Below are positions 18,026 to 26,395 of a stretch of DNA of 26,395 nucleotides, piece after piece (within the stretch, counting starts at the first letter, position 1; each line of letters begins with the position of its first letter). The position numbers and the translations under genes are program-made. Source of the DNA: Chthonomonadales bacterium (GTDB lineage: Bacteria; Armatimonadota; Chthonomonadetes; Chthonomonadales; Chthonomonadaceae); contig JBBQPO010000053.1 in NCBI GenBank assembly GCA_038217285.1, positions 1 to 26,395 of the forward strand, written 5' to 3'. The notes below the pieces were generated by a model. The model saw only the letters and a program-made list of their open reading frames with translations. It did not search any database and had not been told where the DNA came from.

Positions 18026-18607
18026 CTAGAGATCGAAAGGCGGCTTGGAATCGTCGTCGTCGTCCGGGTCGAGAAGATCGTCGTCGAGGTCGTCGAATGG
18101 ATCGTCGTCCGTTTCGGATATGATCGGACTCGTGATCTCGGAAAGCAGATGCGCGTCCGCCGCAATAAACACGCCGTTGACGCCGCCGAACCCCGGCCAT
18201 GTCATGACGGGCAGTGCCGTCAGGGAGGCGTTCCGATGTCCCTGCGCCTCGGCATAGCCCAGGCAGATAGCATAGTCGAGATGCAGCAGGTCTCGCGGGG
18301 AGAGCGGACAGGCGCTCAACTGTTCCGAGAAACCGGCAGGCAGATCGCCGCTGCCATGATTGGCCTCGGCATACTTTACGAACAGAGGCACGGCCCGCTG
18401 AAAATAGACGTGCGAGAGCGCGGGACGCAGGATCTGCCGAAAATAGAGCCCGCTGCGAATCAGGCAGTGATAGCCTCGCTGATAGTAACGCCACAGTGCG
18501 TCGTGTTCGAGTTCTTCAATTTGCATGGTAGATGTCAGCCTCATCTCGTTTCCGTGCCACGCCTCCGCCGCTTCGTGATCGCACGGCACGGAAACCGGAT
18601 ATGGCAC
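18026..18607 (-). CDS. hypothetical protein with highly acidic C-terminal tail
   Basis: Fills the ilvB-ilvN gap. GTG lies 2 nt after the ilvB stop. 193 aa ending ETDDDPFDDLDDDLLDPDDDDDSKPPFDL. Confidence 0.7.
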   Translation of the reverse strand: MPYPVSVPCDHEAAEAWHGNEMRLTSTMQIEELEHDALWRYYQRGYHCLIRSGLYFRQILRPALSHVYFQRAVPLFVKYAEANHGSGDLPAGFSEQLSACPLSPRDLLHLDYAICLGYAEAQGHRNASLTALPVMTWPGFGGVNGVFIAADAHLLSEITSPIISETDDDPFDDLDDDLLDPDDDDDSKPPFDL

Positions 18608-18609
18608 GA

Positions 18610-20427
18610 TTACCCTTCGGTCGCTTCTTGCGCTATGGCCTGGGTCACTTCCACATACTGCGCCAGGACGGCCTCTTCGTTGGAGAACGACCATTCCGAG
18701 CCATCGGCGTGGACGCTGGCTTTCACCGCCTCCAGGTCGGTGCGGACCATCATCTCGGAAACCGTCTGCCCGGACGGGATCATGGGATAGACGTTCTCTT
18801 CGGTCGGGACGACGCAGTCGATGACGACCGGGCGGTCCATGACAGCTTTGGCCGTGATCAATGCGTCGCGCAGTTCGGCGGACGTGGTGGCCCGGAGGCC
18901 CACGCCGCCGTACGCCTCACATAGTTTAACAAAATCCGGGGACGCTTGCAAGTCTACCTGACTATAGCGCTCCGAATAGAACATCTCCTGCCACTGCCGG
19001 ACCATGCCGAGCGTCCGGTTGTTGATGATGACCGTAATGACGGGCTGGGCATAGACCGTCGCGGTCATCAGCTCCTGAGTCATCATCTGGAACGAGCCAT
19101 CGCCCGACAGACAGATGACCCGCTTGTCCGGGTTGGCGAACTGCGCGCCGATAGCGGCGGGCAGGCCGAAGCCCATCGTTCCCAGTCCGCCCGAGGTGAC
19201 CCACTGGCGCGGGCGGCGGCATTTGAAGTACTGTGCGGCCCACATCTGGTGCTGGCCGACGTCGGTTGCCATGATGCAGTCGTTGTCGAAGATCTCGCCG
19301 ATCTGCTCGATGGCGTATTCGGCGTAGAGCTTACCGTCGTCCGGGTAGGAGAGCGGGAAGCGACGTTTCCATGCGAGGATCGTATCGTTCCATTCGTCCG
19401 CAGGCCGCGCCGCAACGTGTTTGATCAGCTCCGCGAGAATGGCTTTGACGTCGCCGACGATCGGCACATCGGCCTGCATCACTTTCCCGATCTCCGCAGG
19501 ATCGATGTCGATATGGATGATGCGCGCACCGGTAGCGAACTTATCGACATTACCGGTCACCCGGTCGTCGAAGCGCGCGCCGACGGCGATCAGCAGGTCG
19601 GCCTGATTCACGGCGTGATTGGCGTAAGCCGTGCCGTGCATGCCCAGCATACCCATGCTGAGTTCGTGCATCTCATCGATCGCGCCTTTGCCGAGCAGGG
19701 TGGTGGTCGTGAGGATATTGGTCAGTTCTGCGAGCGCGGTCACCTCGGCCTGCGCGCCGCTGGCAATGGCGCCGCCGCCGACGTAGAGGACCGGACGCTT
19801 GGACTCGGCGATGAGCTGCGCGGCCTTACGGATCTGCAGTTCCGGGATCCGTCCCTGCGGAGACGCGGGCTTATAGGACGGGATATTGACCTGCTTATTG
19901 TAAGAGGTCGTATCGAACTCGATCTGATTCTTGCTCACGTCGAGGGGAATATCGACGAGGACGGGGCCGGGCCGACCGCTGCGGGCGATGTAGAACGCCT
20001 CGGCCATCACACCGGCAAGGTCTTCCACCTTCTTGACCAGAAAGTTATGCTTGGTGATGGGCATGGTGATGCCCGTGATGTCGGCTTCCTGAAAGGCATC
20101 TTTCCCGATGGCGGAGGTGCGGACCTGCCCGGTTATGGCGATCATCGGAATGGAGTCCATGTACGCGGTGGCGATGCCGGTCACGAGGTTGGTCGCGCCG
20201 GGGCCGCTGGTGGCAAGGCAGACGCCGACCTTGCCGGTCGAGCGCGCGAAGCCGTCGGCCATGTGGGCCGCGCCCTGCTCATGACGAACGAGGACATGCT
20301 TGATGTCATGGCAGTCGAAAATCGCGTCGTAAATTGGCAGCACGGCCCCACCGGGGTAACCGAAAATATGTGTGACTTCTTCCTGCCGCAGACATTCCAG
20401 CAGAATTTGGGCTCCTGACAGTTTCAT
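18610..20427 (-). CDS. ilvB: acetolactate synthase large subunit (biosynthetic)
   Basis: FGYPGGA, RHEQGA, TSGPGATN, RFDDRVTG, DVGQHQMW, SGGLGTMG, ThDP motif GDGS...NN, GMVRQWQ. AGGAGG SD. Confidence 0.97.
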   Translation of the reverse strand: MKLSGAQILLECLRQEEVTHIFGYPGGAVLPIYDAIFDCHDIKHVLVRHEQGAAHMADGFARSTGKVGVCLATSGPGATNLVTGIATAYMDSIPMIAITGQVRTSAIGKDAFQEADITGITMPITKHNFLVKKVEDLAGVMAEAFYIARSGRPGPVLVDIPLDVSKNQIEFDTTSYNKQVNIPSYKPASPQGRIPELQIRKAAQLIAESKRPVLYVGGGAIASGAQAEVTALAELTNILTTTTLLGKGAIDEMHELSMGMLGMHGTAYANHAVNQADLLIAVGARFDDRVTGNVDKFATGARIIHIDIDPAEIGKVMQADVPIVGDVKAILAELIKHVAARPADEWNDTILAWKRRFPLSYPDDGKLYAEYAIEQIGEIFDNDCIMATDVGQHQMWAAQYFKCRRPRQWVTSGGLGTMGFGLPAAIGAQFANPDKRVICLSGDGSFQMMTQELMTATVYAQPVITVIINNRTLGMVRQWQEMFYSERYSQVDLQASPDFVKLCEAYGGVGLRATTSAELRDALITAKAVMDRPVVIDCVVPTEENVYPMIPSGQTVSEMMVRTDLEAVKASVHADGSEWSFSNEEAVLAQYVEVTQAIAQEATEG

Positions 20428-20453
20428 CTTTGATTATGCCTCCTATAAATGCC

Positions 20454-20484
20454 AAAAAACCCCACGTCCGCAAGGGACGCGAGG
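20454..20484 (-). terminator. intrinsic terminator (attenuator) of the T-box leader
   Basis: Stem CCUCGCGUCC/GGACGUGGGG followed by U6. Its 5' arm overlaps the antiterminator 3' strand (CGUCCCUU). Confidence 0.88.
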
Positions 20485-20736
20485 CTGTTGCTCACGTGGT
20501 ACCACCCTTGTAATCAGCACGCGTTGACGAAACGCGAACGACGGACCTCCGAAGACGTCCCGCTGACCACTTGAAGCGTGATATCGGGCGCGACCCGGGA
20601 AACCTAATGGGGCGGATACGCATCTCGCCTTTTCAGCCGCCTGCTCAGAGGGGAGTTTCTGTGTCTGCTCTTACCGCCTCACACCAACCGGCGGCTCTCT
20701 GAAAAGCATCAGACACGTACTGGCCTCGTCACTGCA
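20454..20736 (-). promoter_or_regulatory. T-box riboswitch, Leu (CUC) specifier
   Basis: GA motif, AGUA/GAA loop, AGAGA box, GGUGUGA distal loop, GAAA-CUC specifier (20653-20655), T-box AAGGGUGGUACCACG (20495-20509), and terminator. Confidence 0.92.
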
Positions 20737-20761
20737 TTACAAATTCGATTTAAGTGAATAA

Positions 20762-20791
20762 AGTATAGCACGAGCACCGTAAGCCTGTCAA
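20762..20791 (-). promoter_or_regulatory. sigma70-type promoter of the ilv-leu leader
   Basis: TTGACA-N18-TATACT with an extended TG, and an A-rich tract upstream. Confidence 0.8.
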
Positions 20792-20838
20792 TGCAAGGTC
20801 CCTAATTTTTTGCTTGTGCGGCGATTGCGATGCCGGGC

Positions 20839-22065
20839 TTACCGAAGAACTATTTTGCGGAGGGCAGCGGCGATATTTTCCATATCCGCGCGTTCCGCCA
20901 GAAGCAGGGTTTGGGGCAGCCAGATGGTGTCGCCGCAGACCTGCTCGCAGACGGGCAGATGCAGGGTCGTGTAGTCGATGAACGGGCCTGCCTGGCACCA
21001 GCGGCCCTCCCTACGCGTCTTACGGCCGAACAGACCCTCTCGATAGAGCGGCACATAGCCGTCGGAGCAGGGGATGCCTTCGGCGTTCAGAGCCTCGATA
21101 AATCCGGGGTAAGTCAGGGCCTCCAGTCGGTCGGCATCGATGCGGAAGGTAAAAAGGTGGTAGGCGTGGGCCGTGATACGCGGGTCGTCGAAAGGCAGTG
21201 AGATGCCGGGGATGGCCGCGAGCAGTTCGCGCAGGTAGAGAGCATTGGCGGTGCGGCGCGCTGTCTGCTCCGGGAGGCGCCGCAACTGTGTGCGCAGCAC
21301 GGCGGACTGGAACTCCGTCATGCGGAAGTTGCCGCCGAGCACCTGATGCCCGTAGCGGCGCCCGCCCCGGATCCGCCCGACATTGATGACCGACCAGGCG
21401 GCGTCCGCCAACGGTTCATTGTTGCTTACCACCATGCCACCCTCGCCTGCATTCAGGTTCTTGCTGGCCTGGAAGCTGAAGGTGCCGAAATGGCCCAGCG
21501 CTCCCACGCGCGTGCCCTTCCACTCGGAGCCGTGGGCCTGCGCGGCGTCTTCGATTACGGCAAGTTGGCGTCGATGGGCGATCTCTAGAACTGCATCCAT
21601 ATCGGCGGGGCGACCGGCAATATGCACGGGAATGATGGCGCGGGTGCGCGGCGTGATCGCGGCCTCGATCTGCGCGGGATCTATATTGAGCGTGTCGGGC
21701 AGAACGTCCGCGAAGATAGGCGTTGCCCCCACAGCCAGTGCGGCGCTCGCAGTCGCGACGAAAGTGTAGGGCGGGACGATCACCTCGTCGCCGCAGCCGA
21801 TGTCGAGCGCGCGGAGGGCAATCTCCAGTGCGGCGGTTCCGTTGGTGCAGACCAACGCGAACTTCGCCTGTTGATAGGCCGCGAACTCCTGCTCGAACCG
21901 GCGGCCCTCCTCGCCTTCGACCCCCCACCATTTTCCGCTCTGCAGCACGGCGAGCAGGGCGCGCTCCTCCTCCGCATCGTAGATGGGCCATGCAGGCCAC
22001 GGAGCGCGCGCGACATCCCGCACCGGAGTTCCGCCTTCGATAGCGAGCCTTTCCCGAGCGCTCAT
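20839..22065 (-). CDS. DegT/DnrJ/EryC1/StrS family PLP aminotransferase (AHBA-synthase-like)
   Basis: NGTAAL, GDEVIVPPYTFVAT, EDAAQAHG, SFQASKNLNAGEGG (PLP Lys), GGNFRMTEFQ. ATGA overlap with the upstream gene. Confidence 0.94.
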   Translation of the reverse strand: MSARERLAIEGGTPVRDVARAPWPAWPIYDAEEERALLAVLQSGKWWGVEGEEGRRFEQEFAAYQQAKFALVCTNGTAALEIALRALDIGCGDEVIVPPYTFVATASAALAVGATPIFADVLPDTLNIDPAQIEAAITPRTRAIIPVHIAGRPADMDAVLEIAHRRQLAVIEDAAQAHGSEWKGTRVGALGHFGTFSFQASKNLNAGEGGMVVSNNEPLADAAWSVINVGRIRGGRRYGHQVLGGNFRMTEFQSAVLRTQLRRLPEQTARRTANALYLRELLAAIPGISLPFDDPRITAHAYHLFTFRIDADRLEALTYPGFIEALNAEGIPCSDGYVPLYREGLFGRKTRREGRWCQAGPFIDYTTLHLPVCEQVCGDTIWLPQTLLLAERADMENIAAALRKIVLR

Positions 22066-23693
22066 GGTCGAACCCCCGTCCAACGGTCACGGAGGGTAAT
22101 CTGGTCGGGCGTCGCGGTCGGCAAGGGAGTCAGGTCGAACCCCAATCCAGCGTAGCCCAGACACTCGGCGAACGGCATCTCTTCGGTAGAGCGCGCCAGT
22201 CGGTTGTAGAGCATGGTCAGATCTTGTCCGGCGACTTCGTTCACGACCGCCCGGATCTCATCTTCCCCGTAACCCGGTTTCGGAGGGGCATGCCTCCGCA
22301 TCAGGAGCCGCATCACATCGTCCAGCGATTTGCGATCTGCGGTCACATGGCGGATCGTCAGGTCGAGGCAGAGGCCGATCAGTTCGCCCTTGTCGTAGTA
22401 GGAGAGCCCGCCGAAGCCCTGGCTGTTCCCCGATTCCCAGACTCGTAGGCTGGCGTCGTCGGCGGAGATCTTCAGGCGCGCCGGATTGGACTGGTGCCCA
22501 CGGATGGCCTGATTGACGTGTGCCAGAAAGCTCTGCTGCGAAACCAGGCCCGCCCGACAGGTTGCGACGTGACTGTAGTATTCGGTGACGCCCTCGGCAA
22601 ACCAGAGGTTACGGGTCGTGGGGGGATGGATGTAGTCAAACGGCCCGAGCACGAAGGGACGGATACGCTTCACGTTCCAGCAGTGAAAGAACTCATGCGC
22701 GAAGAACGGCGCCAGTTGGTTCGGCGATGCCCTGGGCCAGAAGGCGACGCGACAGGCGTTGAGATGTTCCAGTCCGCCGCCTCGTCCATTGACATCGCAG
22801 AAGAAGGCATACTGCGGGTAAGGCGTGACGCCGCCCATAACCTTCGTTTCGGCCTGTACGATGCTCTGCAGCATTGGGATATACGCGTCGTAACTCTTGA
22901 TCTGTTCGGCATGGTCGAAGAAGACGACGCTATGCTTCACGCCATTGAAGACGAATTCGCGAGTGATGATCGCCTCTTTCAGACCGAAAACCAGGGGCGA
23001 ATCGGCAAGGGTGTCGTAGTCCGGCGCGGAGTAGGCGGTGGTTGTGCCCCGTGAGAACGTCGCGGTTTTGAGCGGCGTCACGGCGCTCCAGTCGGGAGGA
23101 AGCTTGAGATCGAGCTCCGTCGCCCAGTCCTTGTGCCCGACCAGGTACATCAGCGCGGCAGGCCCGTTGACGAAGCCCTGCTTCGCGCCTATGGCGACGT
23201 TCTCGCTAAAATAACCCGGCGGCATTTTGGGCAGGGAGTAGGTGACCGTGAGATGCCCGCTTCCGGTGGAAGGGATCGTCCAGGTATTGGCATCCGGATG
23301 TTCGACCTTCACCTCCTGGGCGTTATGGTTCGCATAGACCTTCAGATTCTGCACATAACGCGCGAAGTCCTGACGATGGTAGTCGCCGGGCGACCAGACG
23401 GGAAGCTGCAGCGAAACCGTCTCTGCGCCGGGTGGGGGCGTAAAATCCAGCGTGACGTCCAGATGGGAGTCCTCAAGAACAGGACGCAGCGTGTAGACTA
23501 TCGGCGGCGCGACGGGAGCGCCCCTCTGGCCCCTGGGAAACAACACTGGTGCGCCCAAGGTCCTGCCGGAGTGCGCTCTCTCACCGCCTAGGACGACGAC
23601 CGGGGCCAGGGAGTGACTGGTGATCGCCAGGGTCAGGCCGAGGAACAGACTGAATGCCGTCAGAGGTCGGCGACAGGATGAGATTAGCGTCAT
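22062..23693 (-). CDS. M61 family (glycyl aminopeptidase-like) secreted metallopeptidase
   Basis: Signal-like N-terminus, PVWSPGDY, YDTLADSP, GGLEH, HEFFH, WNVKRIRP, LWFAEGVTEYY, SYYDKG. Confidence 0.93.
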   Translation of the reverse strand: MTLISSCRRPLTAFSLFLGLTLAITSHSLAPVVVLGGERAHSGRTLGAPVLFPRGQRGAPVAPPIVYTLRPVLEDSHLDVTLDFTPPPGAETVSLQLPVWSPGDYHRQDFARYVQNLKVYANHNAQEVKVEHPDANTWTIPSTGSGHLTVTYSLPKMPPGYFSENVAIGAKQGFVNGPAALMYLVGHKDWATELDLKLPPDWSAVTPLKTATFSRGTTTAYSAPDYDTLADSPLVFGLKEAIITREFVFNGVKHSVVFFDHAEQIKSYDAYIPMLQSIVQAETKVMGGVTPYPQYAFFCDVNGRGGGLEHLNACRVAFWPRASPNQLAPFFAHEFFHCWNVKRIRPFVLGPFDYIHPPTTRNLWFAEGVTEYYSHVATCRAGLVSQQSFLAHVNQAIRGHQSNPARLKISADDASLRVWESGNSQGFGGLSYYDKGELIGLCLDLTIRHVTADRKSLDDVMRLLMRRHAPPKPGYGEDEIRAVVNEVAGQDLTMLYNRLARSTEEMPFAECLGYAGLGFDLTPLPTATPDQITLRDRWTGVRP

Positions 23694-24961
23694 GATTTCG
23701 GTGCTCGCAGTCCGGTTGGGAAGAGATGTAAGGTTGTTGGCTCATCGGCGGTCGGGGGAGTCTCCCGCCGCGGAGCCGCCCAGACGAGTTGGCTGCGGTC
23801 TGGAGACCAGTCGCAGTCGGCGCTGCCGATGGTGCCCAACGATTTCACGGAGCCGCCGGGGGCCGCCATCGCGAACACGGCATAACGGTCGCCCTTTTTG
23901 GAAAGACATCCGATTTCGTCGTTGCCTATCCAGACAGGGGCGAAGTAACCCGGTCCGGGAGGGCTCACGCGATGCGCTTTACCGTCTGATCGCCGCCATG
24001 TCCAGACCTCATAGCGCGTGTAGTCGCTTGCGTTCGGTGTCAGCGTAAACGCCAGCGTGGTTCCATCCGGTGACCACACAGGCTGCCCGATCCGCAACGT
24101 GATCGGGCGCTCTCTCCCGCCATGCGGCAAAACGCGGGAGTGATAATCACGGTTCGTGATACGCCAGATCTCTCCGGCGCCCTTTCCGTCCGCACTGCCG
24201 GGCGTGATACGCCGCAGAGTTTCGGTCGGGGCCACATTGTAGGTACGTCGAAGGCTCTGTCGAAAGACGAGCGACGCGCGCTCAGGCTGCGCCGATTCTC
24301 CGTGGAGCGGCTCCCAACTGAGCCAGTCGCTGTCTTCATAGTTATCGAAACGTGGGTGCGTTTCCTGCGGTTTCTGCGCGGTGAGGGGGCGAATACAGAG
24401 ACTGCGCTGGCCATTGATCCCTTCGGCCACAAAGGCCAGATAGCGTCCGTCGGGGGACCATACCGGGGTGTGGTAGTAGTAGAAAACGCTGAAATACCGC
24501 ACCGGATGCACGGCCAGCGGCATGACACGTCCAGAGCGCGTGTCGAACGACCAGAGACTGGTTCCCGGTAAGCGCTCGCCGTCGTCGAACTTAAACCATT
24601 CGATGCGTTCGAAGGCGATACGGCGGTCGTCCGGCGACCAGGCCAGTGTGTCGGGGGAGCAGTAGGTCTCCTGTGTGGACCGATAGGGACGATCCGGGCA
24701 GAGCAGCTCCGATTCCAGAAGCGCGAGCGGCCTTTCCAGGCCGGCGTCTGCCAGATGGAGCTGCATCCGATGGTCGGGGGTCGCCCGCAGGAACGCGATC
24801 TGTCTGCCATCGTGCGACCAGCGGGGGTTGGTGTCCGTATAGAGGCCGACCGGAGAGGGCGGCTGCGGCGGTTGGTCCGCCGTCCCGGCAGGGAGCGGTC
24901 TTACGCACCCCGCTCCGAGAAGGACGGGCACGAACAGCAGGCCCAGCAGGCGTCGTCTCAA
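23690..24961 (-). CDS. TolB/PD40 beta-propeller lipoprotein
   Basis: TTG start overlaps the upstream TGA. MRRRLLGLLFVPVLLGAGC lipoprotein signal. Five WS[PH]D[GDR] repeats. The ORF-track start at 25207 overlaps the upstream gene and is rejected. Confidence 0.85.
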   Translation of the reverse strand: MRRRLLGLLFVPVLLGAGCVRPLPAGTADQPPQPPSPVGLYTDTNPRWSHDGRQIAFLRATPDHRMQLHLADAGLERPLALLESELLCPDRPYRSTQETYCSPDTLAWSPDDRRIAFERIEWFKFDDGERLPGTSLWSFDTRSGRVMPLAVHPVRYFSVFYYYHTPVWSPDGRYLAFVAEGINGQRSLCIRPLTAQKPQETHPRFDNYEDSDWLSWEPLHGESAQPERASLVFRQSLRRTYNVAPTETLRRITPGSADGKGAGEIWRITNRDYHSRVLPHGGRERPITLRIGQPVWSPDGTTLAFTLTPNASDYTRYEVWTWRRSDGKAHRVSPPGPGYFAPVWIGNDEIGCLSKKGDRYAVFAMAAPGGSVKSLGTIGSADCDWSPDRSQLVWAAPRRETPPTADEPTTLHLFPTGLRAPKS

Positions 24962-26395
24962 GGCTTCGCGCTCGGCTGCACGGTCAGCTCCTGAGTGGTG
25001 CTGCTGGGTGCCATAGAGAGGGTAATGACGCCGTCTGCGTCCGCCGTCACTTCGCCCGTGGACGCTCCTTGAAGTGTGTATTTGCCGCCGGGCTTGCCCA
25101 TGACGCAGAGAAGAACTGCGTTGCCGTTCTTCTCGACTGGGCGGAACACCAGGCGCAGTACATCGGTGGAGCGGTCGTACCGGCGGTCGAGCAGGAGCAG
25201 GTTCCATCCGGTGTTGACGCCGCCGACCTGATGATAGGCGGCATGCAGAGCGAGGAGTGTGCAGGCATCGCCGCTGACATCGGTGGCGCCGCAGGCCAGA
25301 CCGGTATCTCCGTCCAGGGCCTCTGGACAGCCATCGGTGCTGATCTGTGCGGCGTGATAGGCCCGCAGCAGATTCTCGGCGAGTCTATGCGCGGTCTCCG
25401 TCTCGCCCAGATCGAGGAGCGCTTTCCAGAGCAGCCAGTTGGTCCCGAAGGCAACCGCTCCATTCCCCGGCTCGTGCGACATATAGCCCGGAGAGGTTTT
25501 CGACACGCTCCGCAGCCCGGCAGCGCTCCAGAAGAGCGTTGGATCCGTCAACTTTCGTATCAGAGCGGTTCGTTGGGCCGTGCTCAAGGCATTGCTGCCG
25601 CTGACGAGAGGCAGCAGACCTGTCAGTTCGTCGTTGAGAACCGGTAACGCGTCCGGAACGGGCAAGACAGGTCGGTTGGTGTATGATTTTCGGGCGGGGT
25701 CCCACAGCGTGGCGTTCATGGCCAGCGCCGCTTCCTCGGCATCGTGTGCGTAGTCGGCGAGCTCGTTGGGAGAGCGTTCCAGCACCGTTGCCATCCGCTG
25801 CAGTAGTCGCGCGGAGCGGATAACGAACGCGGAGTAGTCCGGGCTGAAGGCGCGGCTGGTCGGGCTCTTGAATCCTGCCGCCGTCGTTCCTTTGTCGGCG
25901 TCGATCTCGGGCATGCCGGTTTTCCATGCAAAGAGCCAGGGGTTCGCGCCTGCCCGGCCTGCCGTGAGCAGTTCCCGATACCGTCTGCGCGCGTACGGGT
26001 AGAACTGATCCAACAGCCTGCGGTCGAGGGTCTTCTCGTAAAGTTCCCAGAGGGCGAAGAGATTGATGGGGGCGACCGTCTGCGGGCTTTTGACGGGCGC
26101 TTCCGCATCCCCGATGGTCAGAAACCAGGCGTTCAACTGCGCCGCCGACCAGTCGGGGCGGAGGTCTGCCCACCCGAGCCCGATGAAACCGGCTTCGACA
26201 GGACGATACGCCCCTCGGGTGGCGGGCAGCGGCCACTGCCGCGAAGGAACGCCCACACGCCGCCAGTTATCGAACGGTACATTGGCGTACGACTGTGCCA
26301 GCAGGCGATCAAGGCCGGTGTCGCCGACCGTCGGCTGAACCGTATGATGGGCGCTCAACGCTTTTGTATACGCTCCGTTGCGGGCCGGTTTGCCT
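24958..26395 (-). CDS. MGH1/GH63-like (alpha/alpha)6 glycoside hydrolase domain protein, 5' partial
   Basis: Frame is open to the window edge. WELYEKTLDRRLLDQFYP, MNATLWDP, LTDPTLFWSAAGLRSVSK..P.Y and PEALDGDTG are characteristic of GH63/trehalase-like barrels. Confidence 0.7.
   Translation of the reverse strand, partial: GKPARNGAYTKALSAHHTVQPTVGDTGLDRLLAQSYANVPFDNWRRVGVPSRQWPLPATRGAYRPVEAGFIGLGWADLRPDWSAAQLNAWFLTIGDAEAPVKSPQTVAPINLFALWELYEKTLDRRLLDQFYPYARRRYRELLTAGRAGANPWLFAWKTGMPEIDADKGTTAAGFKSPTSRAFSPDYSAFVIRSARLLQRMATVLERSPNELADYAHDAEEAALAMNATLWDPARKSYTNRPVLPVPDALPVLNDELTGLLPLVSGSNALSTAQRTALIRKLTDPTLFWSAAGLRSVSKTSPGYMSHEPGNGAVAFGTNWLLWKALLDLGETETAHRLAENLLRAYHAAQISTDGCPEALDGDTGLACGATDVSGDACTLLALHAAYHQVGGVNTGWNLLLLDRRYDRSTDVLRLVFRPVEKNGNAVLLCVMGKPGGKYTLQGASTGEVTADADGVITLSMAPSSTTQELTVQPSAKP

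Noticed and set aside
24962-25207. N-terminal 82 aa of the 505-aa ORF
   Set aside because: Overlaps the upstream hydrolase gene; the TTG at 24961 gives a proper lipoprotein signal peptide.

Overview
GC-rich bacterial chromosomal window, almost entirely encoded on the minus strand. An Armatimonadota-like host is my guess from gene content and is unverified. From right to left: (i) a translationally coupled four-gene unit (partial GH63/MGH1-like hydrolase, TolB/PD40-type lipoprotein, M61 peptidase, DegT/StrS aminotransferase); (ii) a Leu (CUC) T-box riboswitch controlling ilvB-orfX-ilvN-orfY-ilvC-leuA, with two unexplained genes and a structured spacer; (iii) a Uma2 nuclease and a divergent PilT/PilU ATPase; (iv) a lipid kinase and moxR-DUF58-transglutaminase-rbsK; (v) a ~2.4 kb decayed accessory island (~2951-5328) with two frameshifted toxin-antitoxin modules, a truncated IS4/IS701-like transposase cut by an IS21-like end, and a 106-aa passenger gene; (vi) lpdA with a 72-aa N-terminal extension, then a partial BMP-family lipoprotein. 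The most notable feature is that the island lies between the current rbsK 3' end and a diverged second copy of it (2903-2950). The stop codon of that copy forms part of the lpdA -35 box, which suggests an insertion that replaced the rbsK C-terminus. All calls come from reading motifs by eye; no database searches were run.
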